Shown: piece after piece, positions 19,381 to 30,757 of the stretch | Layout: each line of letters starts with the position of its first letter | Position numbering within the stretch: the stretch's first letter is position 1 | Origin: an uncultured delta proteobacterium | GTDB lineage: Bacteria > Desulfobacterota > Binatia > UBA9968 | Direction of reading: 5' to 3' | NCBI GenBank assembly: GCA_963745835.1 | Contig: CAVUZH010000013.1 | Span: 640,001 to 704,000, forward strand | Length of the DNA: 64,000 nt | Notes under the pieces: model-generated | Database searches by the model: none | Told to the model about the DNA's origin: nothing | The model's input: the letters and a program-made list of their open reading frames with translations, nothing else | Program-made: the position numbers and the translations under genes

Positions 19381-20391
19381 ATGAGGCGACAATCGATGCA
19401 GATATCCATGATAAAGACCGGGCGAGTTGGCGGATTCTTCATGCGCGTGCTGATGGCGGCGTTTTTGTTTCTGCTTTCCGCGAGGGCGGGAGAAACGGCG
19501 GAGCTGAAGAAGTTCACTCTTGGTTACTCCACGGTGGGACCGGCAGGCACCGGCTTGTGGATGGCGAAAGAGATCGGCGCGTTCGAAAAATACGGCATCG
19601 ACGCGGAGCTGATATTCGTTTCCTCCGGACCGATCGTTGTGCAGGCGCTCTTGGGCGGAGACATGAAAGCCGGTTTAGCGGCGACCAATGCGGTGACAGC
19701 AGCAGTGCTGGCCGGCGCGCCATTGGTATCAGTGATGAGTCTCGTCAATCGTCCGTATTATCGTTGCTGGGTGCAGCCGGAAATTACCAGGATCGAGGAC
19801 TTGCGCGGGAAAACCCTCGGCGTCTCGCGCTTTGGCTCTGTCACCGATAACTTGACGCGCATTCTGCTGCGCCGATACAAGCTCGAAGGCGCGGTTCAGA
19901 TCCGCCAGATGGGCGGGACGACGGAGATGGCGGCGGCGTTCCAGCGCCGGCAGATCGACGGCGCGGTGATCTCGGCGCTGCGGATCAATGCGCCGATGCG
20001 CATGCTCGCCGATCTGGCGGAGTTGGGCATCCGCTATTCGAACATCGTGATCGCGGTATCGCGCGATTACCAGCGGCGCAGCCCCGATGACGTCGAGGCG
20101 ATGGTGCGCGCCTATCTAGAAGGCGTTGCGGCAGCAAGCCAGCAAAAGGAAAGAGCGCTACAGGTAATCCAGAAATACACCCGCCTGCAAGATCCGAAAT
20201 TGATCCACGAGCTCTACGCCGACGGCGTCAAATTCCTCGAGAGAGTGCCGCGGCTGGACGCGGAAGCGCTCGCGCCGATCGTCGAGTTCATGGGCAAGAA
20301 GCCGATACCGGTCGAGATTGTCGCTGACAATAGCATCGTCAACCGCCTGGAACGAGACGGCTTCATCGACAAGCTGTACGGCAAACGATAG
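19381..20391 (+). CDS. ABC substrate-binding protein (NMT1/SsuA-like)
   Basis: LWMAKEIGAFEKYGID; DLRGKTLGVSRFGS. Confidence 0.9.
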   Translation: MRRQSMQISMIKTGRVGGFFMRVLMAAFLFLLSARAGETAELKKFTLGYSTVGPAGTGLWMAKEIGAFEKYGIDAELIFVSSGPIVVQALLGGDMKAGLAATNAVTAAVLAGAPLVSVMSLVNRPYYRCWVQPEITRIEDLRGKTLGVSRFGSVTDNLTRILLRRYKLEGAVQIRQMGGTTEMAAAFQRRQIDGAVISALRINAPMRMLADLAELGIRYSNIVIAVSRDYQRRSPDDVEAMVRAYLEGVAAASQQKERALQVIQKYTRLQDPKLIHELYADGVKFLERVPRLDAEALAPIVEFMGKKPIPVEIVADNSIVNRLERDGFIDKLYGKR

Positions 20392-20480
20392 CCCTCCCTT
20401 AGATAAACACTTCGGTTGATGACAACTGTTGGCGATCGCATCCGGTAAGGATCGTATCGAATATCGTTAAGGAGACCCAG

Positions 20481-20864
20481 ATGCCTAACAAAGAAATTAT
20501 TCAGGTGAATCTTGCTGCGGCCAATCCGAATCTCTCACCCGCTACACGTTTCGGCGATCTCGTATTCGTCGCCGGTCAAACCGGCCGGCATCCGATCAGC
20601 GGAGAGGTCGGCAGAGACGTTCGCGAACAGACCCGATACGCCATCGAACGCATCAAAATGATTTTGGAAACCGCGGGGACCTCTCTCGATAACGTCCTGA
20701 CCGTGTTGACGCATCTGACCAAACGCGAGGACCTTGCGCCGTACAACGAGGAGTATGCGCAATTTTTCCCGACCAACAAACCGGCCAGGACCACGGTGGA
20801 GGCGATGTTGAACTTTCCCGAGCTCCTTGTGGAGATAACCGTTACGGCTTGCATTCCCGACTAG
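20481..20864 (+). CDS. RidA/YjgF family protein
   Basis: LVFVAGQ, PARTTV, LVEI motifs. Confidence 0.9.
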   Translation: MPNKEIIQVNLAAANPNLSPATRFGDLVFVAGQTGRHPISGEVGRDVREQTRYAIERIKMILETAGTSLDNVLTVLTHLTKREDLAPYNEEYAQFFPTNKPARTTVEAMLNFPELLVEITVTACIPD

Positions 20865-21140
20865 CAGCCAACGATTCAAGATTGATTGCGCTCTCTCGGC
20901 GTCTGCGGGCAATCATTCATTTCTTTATCGTAGACGATCAGCTTCTGATCCTCGGCGTAAACTTCATTTGGTTGTTCGAATACTCACGGCGGATGATGGG
21001 ATGACGCTTTTGCGGCTGTTGAAAACTTTTGTCGAAACCCTCTGAAATTTCCTATTGACGGCCCTCCCTGAGCGCGCCTAATGTGCCATCTCAGACCGCT
21101 CTTGTTCCCGCGCGTCTGGGGCTTTGAAGGGAGATTCATC

Positions 21141-22178
21141 ATGTATATCGACTGCGACTCGCATTACTTTCCGGTAAAATTTCTCGAGCCGGTGAGTGCC
21201 AAGTACCCTCACTCTCCGCGGGTGGTTCGCCAAGGCGACGATGTCAGATCGGTTCTGCCCGACGGAACTTTGATTAAAAATCAGGCGCCGAAAGGCCGCT
21301 GGCATCTCGATACTCGCGACCAGCATGTCGACTGGGAAGGCTTCGACGTTCACGTTCTCATTCCCGAAAACCGCGAGCTGCTCTACACGTGGGATCGCGA
21401 TCTCGGTTGCGAGCTCGCCCGCGCCTATAACGACGCCGTGGCACAAGACCTTAAGGAATGCGCGCATCCGGAAAAATACATCGGTGTCGCCTGGGTGTTT
21501 CTGCCGGATGTCGAGGAATCCTGCCGCGAGGTTGAAAGAGCGGTAAAAACCCTTGGACTCAAAGCAGTCAAGTTCATGGGCGGATTTGAAGGGGCCAACC
21601 TGGGCGCAGAGAAGCTCTGGCCCTTCTACGATAAAATCTGCCAGCTCGATATTCCAATTCTCGTCCACGATACCGCGTCGGACCGCGATGGCCATCCCAA
21701 TCCCGCGCTCGTGGGCATAGAGCAGTTATTTCTGGAGGCGGACAATAATGCTCTGGCCTTTTTGCTCGCCTTCCCGTTCCGCTACATGGTCGATATCGGC
21801 AGTCTGATTCTCCGCGGCGCGTTAAAGGAGTTTCCCAAGCTCAAGATCTGCTTCGTCGAAGGATCGGCGGCGTTTGTTCCCTGGCTGATGGAACGGCTCG
21901 ATATGGATATCAAAGCGAAGGAACGGCTCGGCAAGCTGCCGAGCGAATTCTTCAACCAAATCTGGGTTTCGGCTTTCGCCGCTGAGACCTCGCTAAAATA
22001 TGCCTGCGATTTCTGGAAGGACCATAACCTGACTGTGGGCAGCGATTATCCGCACGGCGATCCATCCGCCACTTGGAACATAGGCACCGTCAAGATGATA
22101 AAAGAGATGGACGGAATGGCGGCGAGCGACAAAGAAAAAATTCTCGGTGGCAATGCCATGCGCTTATTCGGCATGTAG
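21141..22178 (+). CDS. Amidohydrolase_2 family protein
   Basis: IDCDSH; ARAYND; GSDYPH; ILGGNA. Confidence 0.9.
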   Translation: MYIDCDSHYFPVKFLEPVSAKYPHSPRVVRQGDDVRSVLPDGTLIKNQAPKGRWHLDTRDQHVDWEGFDVHVLIPENRELLYTWDRDLGCELARAYNDAVAQDLKECAHPEKYIGVAWVFLPDVEESCREVERAVKTLGLKAVKFMGGFEGANLGAEKLWPFYDKICQLDIPILVHDTASDRDGHPNPALVGIEQLFLEADNNALAFLLAFPFRYMVDIGSLILRGALKEFPKLKICFVEGSAAFVPWLMERLDMDIKAKERLGKLPSEFFNQIWVSAFAAETSLKYACDFWKDHNLTVGSDYPHGDPSATWNIGTVKMIKEMDGMAASDKEKILGGNAMRLFGM

Positions 22179-22266
22179 CGGTGGCGTGCCGAGTGCTGTT
22201 TAGGCACGCTGCGGCCGGCGGCGTGCTGGCCGCCCAGCTTCAACGGGGTTGTCAAGGAGGCGAGCT

Positions 22267-23298
22267 ATGGTCTGTTATAGAATCGCTATTCTGGCGCTGT
22301 TTGCCGGGCTAGTTGCGTTTCATCAGTATTGCATCGAGGTACACGCTGCGGCGGCACCCCCCAAGGTTGTCATCTCGTTTGCCGGAGTGAACCCGAGGCA
22401 AACTCCGCTCTGGATTGCGCAAGAACAAAAATTTTTCACCAAGCACGGCGTCGATGCTGATGTCGTCTTTATCCGCACGGGACCGATTCAAGTGGCGGCC
22501 GTAAGCTCCGGCGCCACACAACTCGCCTACTCCGGTCCCGCATCGGTCCTCGGCGCAGCTGCGGGTGGAACCGATCTCCGGCTGATTGCTTCTTTCACCA
22601 ACAAGCTTACTTACACAATGATCGCACGGCCGGAAATAAAAAGGGCCGAAGACCTGCGCGGCAAACGCTTCGGCGTGCAAGCCATCGGCGGATCTGTTTG
22701 GATGGGAGCAGTCTTGGGGCTCGAACACCTGGGCCTGGAGCAGCGGCGCGATAATATCAACATCATTAATGTCGGCGATCAGACGGTGCTAGCGCAGGCG
22801 ATGGAGAGTGGAACCATCGATGTTACCGTGCTCGATGGCGTTTTCAGCCGCAGGTTGAAGCAGAAAGGCTTCTCCGTCCTGGTCGAGCTTGCCGACACGA
22901 CCATCCCGTATGTCAGCAATACGATCGTTGGAACCCGGACATTTTTCCAACAGCAACCGGAACTGACCGAGAACATCATGAAAGGCTTGATCGAGAGTGT
23001 GGCATTTATTATGGCGCCACAGAACAAACCAATCGTCGTGAATACCATCATGAAACGCCTGAAAATCAGCGACCCATCGGTGGCCGAGCAGGGATACCAG
23101 GACCTGGTTCAGATCTCGGACCCAAAGCCGTACGTCTCCTTGGAAGGCCTGCGCAATATACAGCGGCTGATCAAAATCCAAAATCCACCCATCGGCAACG
23201 TCAAACTGGAGGAACTGATCGATAACCGGCCCCTGAAAAAACTCGAAGACAGCGGGTTTGTTCAGAAGACTTACGCCGCGTATGGAGTCGTAAGATAA
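22267..23298 (+). CDS. ABC substrate-binding protein (NMT1-like)
   Basis: PLWIAQEQKFFTKHGVD; DLRGKRFG; AAGGAGG RBS. Confidence 0.9.
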   Translation: MVCYRIAILALFAGLVAFHQYCIEVHAAAAPPKVVISFAGVNPRQTPLWIAQEQKFFTKHGVDADVVFIRTGPIQVAAVSSGATQLAYSGPASVLGAAAGGTDLRLIASFTNKLTYTMIARPEIKRAEDLRGKRFGVQAIGGSVWMGAVLGLEHLGLEQRRDNINIINVGDQTVLAQAMESGTIDVTVLDGVFSRRLKQKGFSVLVELADTTIPYVSNTIVGTRTFFQQQPELTENIMKGLIESVAFIMAPQNKPIVVNTIMKRLKISDPSVAEQGYQDLVQISDPKPYVSLEGLRNIQRLIKIQNPPIGNVKLEELIDNRPLKKLEDSGFVQKTYAAYGVVR

Positions 23299-23671
23299 GA
23301 GACAGAATAAGAATGAAGGGAAACTTCGGTGTTAGACTTTCGTACTGACTCTTCCTTGAGCGTGTTCAGGGCCGGTGCGGCGTGTCTTCACTTTTGACAG
23401 TTCTCCTCCTTCCGCAATGCTCCAGGACTCATGACGAAGGGGATCCGTTTGGCGTCAGATTGAGTTAGCCCCAGTTTTACCCGAGCCCATCCATCAGCAC
23501 GTACAGCACTTTCATCCCGCCTCTTTACGCAAGAAGTTGTGGAATTTGCGTTGACTCCCGCCGGTCACCCGATTTATAGCTCCATCTGGAAAACTTGAGA
23601 GAGAAAATGATTGGTTCTATGCGCCCGGAAATTGCAAAATCATTTAGCGCGCTATCCTGAGGGAGGCTTAG

Positions 23672-23851
23672 ATGAAGGAACTACTTAGAAAAATTGACGC
23701 TGAATACGGGTTTAAATTAACTGAAGAGGAAATGAGTCGAATAGAAAACGACGCAAAAGAAGCCGAATGGCTTTTTCAGCAAGTCAATGAGGTCGACGTT
23801 TCGGGAAAAGCTCCTTTTATGAAGCTTGCTTTGAAGGGATCCAAGTCATGA
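23672..23851 (+). CDS. 59-aa GatC/AtzG-like amidase partner
   Basis: GGAGG RBS; MKELLRKIDAEYGFKLTEEEMSRIENDAKEAEWLFQQVNEVDVSGKAPFMKLALKGSKS; ATGA overlap with the amidase. Below the ORF-track cutoff. Confidence 0.7.
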   Translation: MKELLRKIDAEYGFKLTEEEMSRIENDAKEAEWLFQQVNEVDVSGKAPFMKLALKGSKS

Positions 23852-25299
23852 GGGAAACGGATCTTGAAGATCTGACCATCACGGAGATTTCACCGCGCAT
23901 CAAGACTGGAGAAATATCGCCTGTAGAACTGACGAATTTGTTTTTGGAGCGTATAGAGCGACTCAACCCAGTTCTCAATGCTTTTACCACCGTTCTGCTT
24001 GACTCGGCGAGAGCTGAAGCCAAAGCAGCGGAAAAGGAAATACGCAACGGCGAATATCGCAGTCCCCTCCACGGCATTCCGATTTCGATCAAAGATAATC
24101 TTGCAACTACGGGTGTTCGCACCACAGGAGGATCTAAGATCCTGTCGGATTGGAAACCAGACTTCGATGCCACGGTTGTCACGAGACTAAAAGCAGCCGG
24201 CGCGATCAATTTGGGCAAGAATAATATGCATGAATGGGCGTTGGGCGGGACCACCATAAATCCTTATTTCGGGACCACTCGAAACCCATGGGATATAACT
24301 CGGATTCCCGGAGGATCGAGTGGCGGTTCCGCAGCGGCTGTGGCGGCCACCATGTGTCTCGCATCCATTGGAACCGACAGCGCAGGATCTGTACGTAATC
24401 CCGCAGCCATGTGTGGCATCACGGGCCTGAAACCAACCTACGGTCGTGTCAGCTGCTTTGGCGGTGTTCCTGGCACGGGTGCGTATTCCACGAATCATTT
24501 CGGAGTCTTGACGAAGACCGTCAAGGATTGCGCTTTAGTGCTGCAGGAAATCGCGGGCTTTGACCCAAAGGACTCTCTAAGTGCCGATGAACCGATTGAC
24601 AATTATTCAGAGAATCTAGGGAAAAAGCTCGATGGCATGAGAATCGGGCTGATCGTGGGATATTACAGGAAATTGACGGTAGGAGATGTTGCGCTCAAGT
24701 TTTCAACTGCGGTTAGGTTGCTGGAGTCGCTTGGCATGAGGACGCAGGAGTTATCGATTCCTCATATGGAAATAATTCCCGCAGTGCATACGATTGTTAG
24801 CCGATCAGAACTTGTTTCTGATCATGATCGTTATTTGAGAAGCAGACCCCGTGACTATAGCTCGGAATTGCTTTACAGGCATATCCAGGCCCTGATGTTT
24901 CCCGCTGGAACCTATGTAACTGCTCAGCGGGTGCGGCGCCTCATATGCGAGGAGTTCGACGAGGCTTTCAAGCAAGTCGACGTGATCGTCACTCCCGTAT
25001 CAATACCTGCGCCGAAAATCGAGGATTGCGGCCGTGGCGTAACAGAAATTGACAGTGAAAGGGTTACGCTAAGAGATGCCAGGGGGAGTTTTTGGGGCTT
25101 GGGAACCGTTCCATTCAATGTGACCGGACACCCTGCGATTAGCGTGTGCTGCGGTTTTTCCAACTTGGGTCAACCGTTAGGGATGCAAATTGTCGGGAGG
25201 CCATTTGAGGAAAAGACCGTTTTGCAGGTCGCCGGCGCATATGAGACCGCGGCCCAATGGTATAAGAGAAAGCCGCCGCTGCAAGCTGTAGGGCGCTAA
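23848..25299 (+). CDS. Amidase-signature family amidase
   Basis: IKDN; GGSSGGS; GTDSAGSVRNP (Lys-Ser-Ser triad). Confidence 0.93.
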   Translation: MRETDLEDLTITEISPRIKTGEISPVELTNLFLERIERLNPVLNAFTTVLLDSARAEAKAAEKEIRNGEYRSPLHGIPISIKDNLATTGVRTTGGSKILSDWKPDFDATVVTRLKAAGAINLGKNNMHEWALGGTTINPYFGTTRNPWDITRIPGGSSGGSAAAVAATMCLASIGTDSAGSVRNPAAMCGITGLKPTYGRVSCFGGVPGTGAYSTNHFGVLTKTVKDCALVLQEIAGFDPKDSLSADEPIDNYSENLGKKLDGMRIGLIVGYYRKLTVGDVALKFSTAVRLLESLGMRTQELSIPHMEIIPAVHTIVSRSELVSDHDRYLRSRPRDYSSELLYRHIQALMFPAGTYVTAQRVRRLICEEFDEAFKQVDVIVTPVSIPAPKIEDCGRGVTEIDSERVTLRDARGSFWGLGTVPFNVTGHPAISVCCGFSNLGQPLGMQIVGRPFEEKTVLQVAGAYETAAQWYKRKPPLQAVGR

Positions 25300-25377
25300 A
25301 ACGAAGCAAGTAACGCCCCCGCAGTAGAAGCAGTGGTTTTGCTGAACGCAAATCATTCAAAGAGCCAAGGGGGTACT

Positions 25378-26415
25378 ATGCGGCATCAGCTGAGACAGTT
25401 TCTATCAATTTGTTTCATCGTTGCGGTCATTGTCGGTGTTCAGGTTTCCAAAGCGAGCGCTCTAGAAAAAATTACTCACGTGGATTGCGGGCTGGTGCCG
25501 TCATTTTCTGTTGTCTGGGTGGGAGTGGACGCGGGCATTTTTAAGAAAAACGGCTTGGACGTGAATACCGTGACTGCGCAATCGACCGCTGCTTGCGTCC
25601 AATCTATGCTGGCAGGAGAAGCGCAAGTGGGCAATCCGGAAACGGTCGCTGGATTGATCGCCAACCAAAACGGGGCGAGTTTTGTCAACATCATGAATTA
25701 TCAGAAAACGATTCTCTACGAGATGTTCGTTCGTAGCGAGATCAAATCCGCACAAGATCTAAAAGGTAAGAAGATGGGGATCAATAGGTTCGGAGCGACG
25801 GCGGAAGCCATGTCGCGAATCATGTTGAAAAATTTGGGCCTCGACCCGCACAAGGATATGAGTTTCATTCAAGTCGGAGGCGGACAGGAAAGGGCATTAG
25901 CCTTGATGAACAACGCCGTACAAGCATCCCTGTTTTCACCCCCGGAGCCTGTTAAGCTGGCTAAGGAACCATCACTCAGGCGCTTCGCAACATTGTCGGA
26001 TCAGAATGTCGAGTACCCCTATTTAAATTTGGTTACCACTCGGAATTATTTGAAAGATCGGCGAGATATTATTCGGAACTTTGTTAGAGGTTATTTAGAA
26101 TCGTTGAAATTTTATGCCACCTCCAAGCAGCAATCGATGGAGATTATTTCAAGGCGGCTGCGGATCACGGATACGGAATTAGTGGATTATGTTCACAAGA
26201 CCACGGTCGAAAACAGTTACATGAAACCGTATGTCCCCAAGGACGCCGATATACTCTACGAATTTGCGCAGCTCCAGCTGAAGAAACCCATCACTGTAAA
26301 ATGGGACGACACGTACGATAACAGTTTCGTCAGGGAATTAGACGCATCGGGCTTTATCGATAAACTATTCCAGGGAGTGACAAATGTCATTCGTGAACCT
26401 GTGGCTCATAAATAA
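25378..26415 (+). CDS. ABC substrate-binding protein (NMT1-like)
   Basis: GIFKKNGLDV; DLKGKKMGINRFG; FVRELDASGF. Confidence 0.9.
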   Translation: MRHQLRQFLSICFIVAVIVGVQVSKASALEKITHVDCGLVPSFSVVWVGVDAGIFKKNGLDVNTVTAQSTAACVQSMLAGEAQVGNPETVAGLIANQNGASFVNIMNYQKTILYEMFVRSEIKSAQDLKGKKMGINRFGATAEAMSRIMLKNLGLDPHKDMSFIQVGGGQERALALMNNAVQASLFSPPEPVKLAKEPSLRRFATLSDQNVEYPYLNLVTTRNYLKDRRDIIRNFVRGYLESLKFYATSKQQSMEIISRRLRITDTELVDYVHKTTVENSYMKPYVPKDADILYEFAQLQLKKPITVKWDDTYDNSFVRELDASGFIDKLFQGVTNVIREPVAHK

Positions 26416-26703
26416 TGTTTCACTGGGTTTCTTTGCTTAGTCGCTGTCTGAAATACTTAGATCCATCGCTGCTCTTTTTTGCCAACTGTAGCATCTTTCC
26501 CGATTCACACAGCTCTGTTTGTTCACATTCTTTGCCTGGCTGAAAACCATCATTTTCGTACGCTGTCGTACGGACCCACCCGATTTTGGCTTCCTTTTTG
26601 TCAGTTAATACGCCCTATCGCGGGCTTTTGCGCCTCATGGCTGCCCGTGTCGACGCGGTATTTCAGGGGCATGGTCATTGCGGAAGTAACCTTCCTCTGA
26701 GCC

Positions 26704-27369
26704 ATGCACTGTGCAATTACAAGATCATCAATTTCAACCTGTTTTGAGTTGCCGCTAGGCGCATGGATGATAACGGCAGCGGCAGCGTTGTTGTCAACCG
26801 CTCTAGGGTGCGGCACCATTTCAGACGCACCTCATCGATCGATAGCGACGAGCGCAGTGTTGCCGGCTGAGACCCTGAGCGACAATCCTCCGGTGGACGA
26901 GCCACAGACCGACATTCCCCCTCTTGAGAGTTCATCTGCGCCGATTTTGCCGCGCTCTCCCGAAATGCAGGAAGCTTTGCCGCCGGCAACTCTTCCCAAT
27001 CCTGCGCCATCGACGATCATAGAGACCGGGCTAGCCTCTTGGTATGGAGCAAAACATCACGGCAAGCGGACGGCGAGCGGAGAAATTTTTGATCAGAAAA
27101 AATTCACCGCCGCGCATCGAACTCTTCCGTGGGGCAGCATCGTAAAGGTAACCAACCTCGACAATGGAAAATCGGTGGAAGTGCGGATAAACGATCGCGG
27201 GCCGTTTCCCAAAGGCCGGATCATCGATCTCTCGCGGGCCGCGGCAAGGGCTCTGGGCATGGTGGAATTGGGAGTTAGCCCGGTGCGAATGGAATTGCTT
27301 TCGCCGCGCGAAATCTCAAGTGATCTGGTGTTGCAAAATAGCCAATCGTCTTCGGGCAACAGACAGTAA
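26704..27369 (+). CDS. rlpA: Septal ring lytic transglycosylase RlpA-family lipoprotein
   Basis: GLASWYG...TASGE...TAAHRTLP...VRINDRGPF...IIDLSRAAA; lipobox LGC. Confidence 0.92.
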   Translation: MHCAITRSSISTCFELPLGAWMITAAAALLSTALGCGTISDAPHRSIATSAVLPAETLSDNPPVDEPQTDIPPLESSSAPILPRSPEMQEALPPATLPNPAPSTIIETGLASWYGAKHHGKRTASGEIFDQKKFTAAHRTLPWGSIVKVTNLDNGKSVEVRINDRGPFPKGRIIDLSRAAARALGMVELGVSPVRMELLSPREISSDLVLQNSQSSSGNRQ

Positions 27370-27673
27370 TTAGAACCCGGATCATTAACCGACTTTCCGA
27401 TCGTTCAGACGTCGCTAAGTCCAAGTTATCTACAGCGTAATCTTTCCCTCCGTTCACTGCTTCGTTGACCGCAGAAAACCCGCTCAAATTGGGTAAAGCA
27501 ATTGGACAGGCCGGCTGGAACCTCGTAACAAAGGTCTGAGCTGACCGGCCGCAGGTTGTGCGTGCTAATGAGCGATCTGGATAGTGATTAACAGCTAGAC
27601 TAGGTCCATTCGGTATCGGGGATCAGCCGACTATTCCAGTTAGTTAACAAGGTTTTCCGAAGTGGTGCCGAGT

Positions 27674-28663
27674 TTACGGAAGTCTAAAAAAGTCCCGGGC
27701 GTTTTTATGACCCACTTTCTCCCGCTCTTCGTTGGAAAAACAATCCGACTCGATAAGTCTTACTGCTTGGTCGAGATAAGCATCTTCAATGGGATGATCG
27801 CTGCCGAACATTATATGTTCTGCTGCAAGGGTCTCAATTGCGCAGTGCAGTTCCGGCTTTGACCAGCGTGGCGGCGCCGTATCAAAGAAGATGCGCTGCA
27901 AACGTGACTCTAGTGTTTGCCGCAGTCCCATGTCGTAATGGCGGCCCAGGATGCGTTGTTTGAGGACGCCGAAACTGCCACCTAGATGTGGATAGATAAA
28001 ACGGAGCTTGGGGAAGCGATCGAGCAGATCGCTCAGCAAAACCCGCAAAAACGAGACGGTCGTATTATAGGGTCGCCCGTAACACATGAGTAAGTTGTAG
28101 TCCGACAATGGCAGCCTGGCGCTCGGCGTACCCGACACGTACTCCAGGGGCTCGCATGCGGGATGTGTGATAATGGGCAGGTCGAGCTTACTGACAAGTT
28201 CGAAAAATGAGTTTAGGCCGGGATTGTCCAGCGACCACCCCTTACGGGACAGATGCACGATGCTGTAAACGCCCGCAACACCAGGGCCGCGGACCGTTCC
28301 AGCTCCTCCAAAGCGCCCTCTTCACCGATGGGCACGTGCGCTAGTGTAAGCAGCCGCTCCGGGAAACGTCGCCGCAGCTCGTACATGGCATCGTTAACCT
28401 CACGGCACATTTTCAAATCTAACCACTCGATCCAGTTTGCGACGCTCAACACCGCTTTGTCGATGTTGTAGCGGTCCAAATCAGCGATCAGCCGATCCCC
28501 GATGAGATCTTTTCATCATACAGAAACAATACGCTGTCACCGCTGGCGATTCCGACCGTGCCGGGGCGCAACTCGCGCACCGTCTGGCCGGCAGGACGAC
28601 TTTGTGCAGTTCCTTCATCTGATGCGGTGGAATCCAATGATGATGAACATCGATTATTCCCAT
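27674..28663 (-). pseudogene. Amidohydrolase_2 family protein split by frameshifts
   Basis: IIDVHHH (28481-28663), REVNDAM (28213-28479), PHLGG...GSDHP (27674-28258). Confidence 0.8.
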
Positions 28664-28935
28664 AGAGGTGAACCGCTCTTTGGCATCGAGAGTCGATGTG
28701 AAATGGATTTCCGGCAAGCTCACTTCACGTCGACGGAAGATAGATGGAGAGAGAACGTGATTTTCGTCTGGCAGGCTACAGTCCGATTAGTGCGCAACCG
28801 CTCAGCCTTGCCAACCGTTTTGCGACAGCGCGTACAGGTTACCTTCTGGATCCACGAGTTTAACTTCGTCCGTTTCACCCTCAGCCGCCGGCAGTGTCAA
28901 CCCGATCTGCTGAAAGCGCTATATCCGATCGCCTT

Positions 28936-29132
28936 CAACAGACAGTAATTAGACCCCGCATCTTTTACAGATCTTCAATCATTCAGGCATCGCTGAGTCC
29001 AAGTTAGCTATGGAGGCTTTCGCCTAATGGTTTTTCCCTCCGTTCACCGCTTCCTTGGACGAATACCCGCTCACTTCGGGAAAGCGATCGGACGGCCGGC
29101 CGGTCTTTCAAACAGTAACAAAAGATGTGATC
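28936..29132 (+). repeat. rlpA-tail repeat, copy B
   Basis: Aligns by eye to 27357-27546, from CAACAGACAGTAATTAGA to GTAACAAAAGATGTGATC. Confidence 0.85.
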
Positions 29133-29249
29133 GAGAAATTCTCGGCACGCAGCGCTTCTCGCATACGAGCCGTCTGCCTTTCAATGAATAAGTAGCTTGC
29201 GCTCTTTTCTTTTTCCGTTCGTTTGCTGTGTCTGCTCATTTCGCAGCGG

Positions 29250-29882
29250 TCAGTAAAGCTCGGTCTTCAGGCGCTCGGCATATTTCTCGTTATAACTTCT
29301 GGCGTAGGCAGCATCCTTGCCGTCGCGGGCGGCGGCGAAGTCGCCGTGGGTCGGGGCGCCGCTCGGCCGCTCCGTCGCCTCCCACAGCTTCGCCCGCACC
29401 AGAGCTTTAGGACAGTGATTGAAGGCTTCCTCGACAGCGACGACCACGACCACGCGCGGCGGCTTGCCGCCCACCTCGAATCGCTTCAGCAACTCCGGGT
29501 CCGTGCTGATCGTCGCACTGCCAGTCACGCGATAGGTTTCGTTCGATCCCGGGATCATGAAAATGATACCGACCTTCGGATTGACGAGCAGGTTCTTCAT
29601 CCCGTCGATGCGGTTGTTGCCTGGCCGGTCGGGGATCAGCAGTGTGCGGTCATCGAGCAACTGCACAAATCCCGGCGCATCGCCTTTGGGCGAACAATCG
29701 ATGCTGGTCCCGTTCGAGGTCCCGATCACCAGGAACGGCGATGCCGCGATGAAGGCGCGCCCGACCTCGGTGATGTGGTCGGTTTCCTTGGTGGCGACGT
29801 GGGGCAACGGCTTGGCATATATTTTCGCGAGATGGTCGAGTGAAGTAACGGTATAGGCATCGTTCCGGTCTATCGCATCCAT
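29250..29882 (-). CDS. Pyridoxamine 5'-phosphate oxidase-related FMN-binding protein
   Basis: DCSPKGD, PDRPGNNR, HCPKALVR. Confidence 0.9.
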   Translation of the reverse strand: MDAIDRNDAYTVTSLDHLAKIYAKPLPHVATKETDHITEVGRAFIAASPFLVIGTSNGTSIDCSPKGDAPGFVQLLDDRTLLIPDRPGNNRIDGMKNLLVNPKVGIIFMIPGSNETYRVTGSATISTDPELLKRFEVGGKPPRVVVVVAVEEAFNHCPKALVRAKLWEATERPSGAPTHGDFAAARDGKDAAYARSYNEKYAERLKTELY

Positions 29883-29895
29883 GTCATATTCCTCC

Positions 29896-30033
29896 TCGGG
29901 TCGGTGACGGTGGCAAAAGTCTTCGTTGGATTCTGCAATATCGATTGCTAACTGAGTATTGTCAACATTGCAATTTGCCGCATAGGCCGAACGGGGAAGC
30001 GGGTCGTCTCCCTAACGAACGGCGGCTTATTTC
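29896..30033. promoter_or_regulatory. Promoter region of the FMN-binding gene, duplicated at 31818-31957
   Basis: Minus-strand TTGACA-17-GATATT with near-palindrome GCAATATCGATTGC; ~138-bp diverged direct repeat. Confidence 0.7.
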
Positions 30034-30044
30034 AAACGAACGGT

Positions 30045-30395
30045 CGGGATCAGGTCTTTTACCTCTGACAGTCAGCCGCAGATCTGAGAGTTTATTTTCA
30101 GGATGTTCCGGCCGCCGGGCAGCGGAGATTCCGATTGCCTTCAATTTTCAAAAAGCAGCCTGCGATGATATGCCCTCTGAACTCCGGCGGCCGCCGTGGC
30201 TCGTCTTCTTTTTGCAGTCCCGTCAGCGACACTCCGTTCTTTTTGCACATTCCGCAACACGCTCGGCCATTCGGTTCTCCTTTACACATTTTGCGCATCG
30301 GCGTCTGTCGTCGTTGAACGATACGCCACCGTTCAATCCCTTTGATCATGACGTGATGCAGGTCCCGGGGTATCTATTCTCGCTTGCCGCGACAT
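30045..30395 (-). pseudogene. Y1/RAYT transposase N-terminal remnant
   Basis: MSRQARIDTPG/LHHVMIKGIER across a frameshift; GGGATCAGGTCTT end-like motif near 30046. Confidence 0.6.
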
Positions 30396-30757
30396 GTCAT
30401 GCGCACTCTGGGAGGTCGTCTCCTTATCGGGCTCCGTCAAGCTACCACTTCCCCTCAGATATTCTCTTGACAGGGGCTACCCGAGCCGAATAGATTTTGG
30501 CGGTCTCACAGCTCGATCCACCACTTACGGGGGGATACGAATTAGTCGCTCGAGCATTACCGGACCGTAATGCCCAGACGAGGCGATGGCCGTTAACATC
30601 CATCCAGTCGTCGGCGATCGCGTCTTGGTTCGCGGCGACCCGTTCGCCGAACTATCGACCATGTGCAAGGTTTGTTTGTTCTGGACCAGATTGGGTGAAT
30701 AATTCGGCACCGGTCAGACTGGAGTCTTGGTCTGCTGAGCCTCTGAGGTTACCTACC

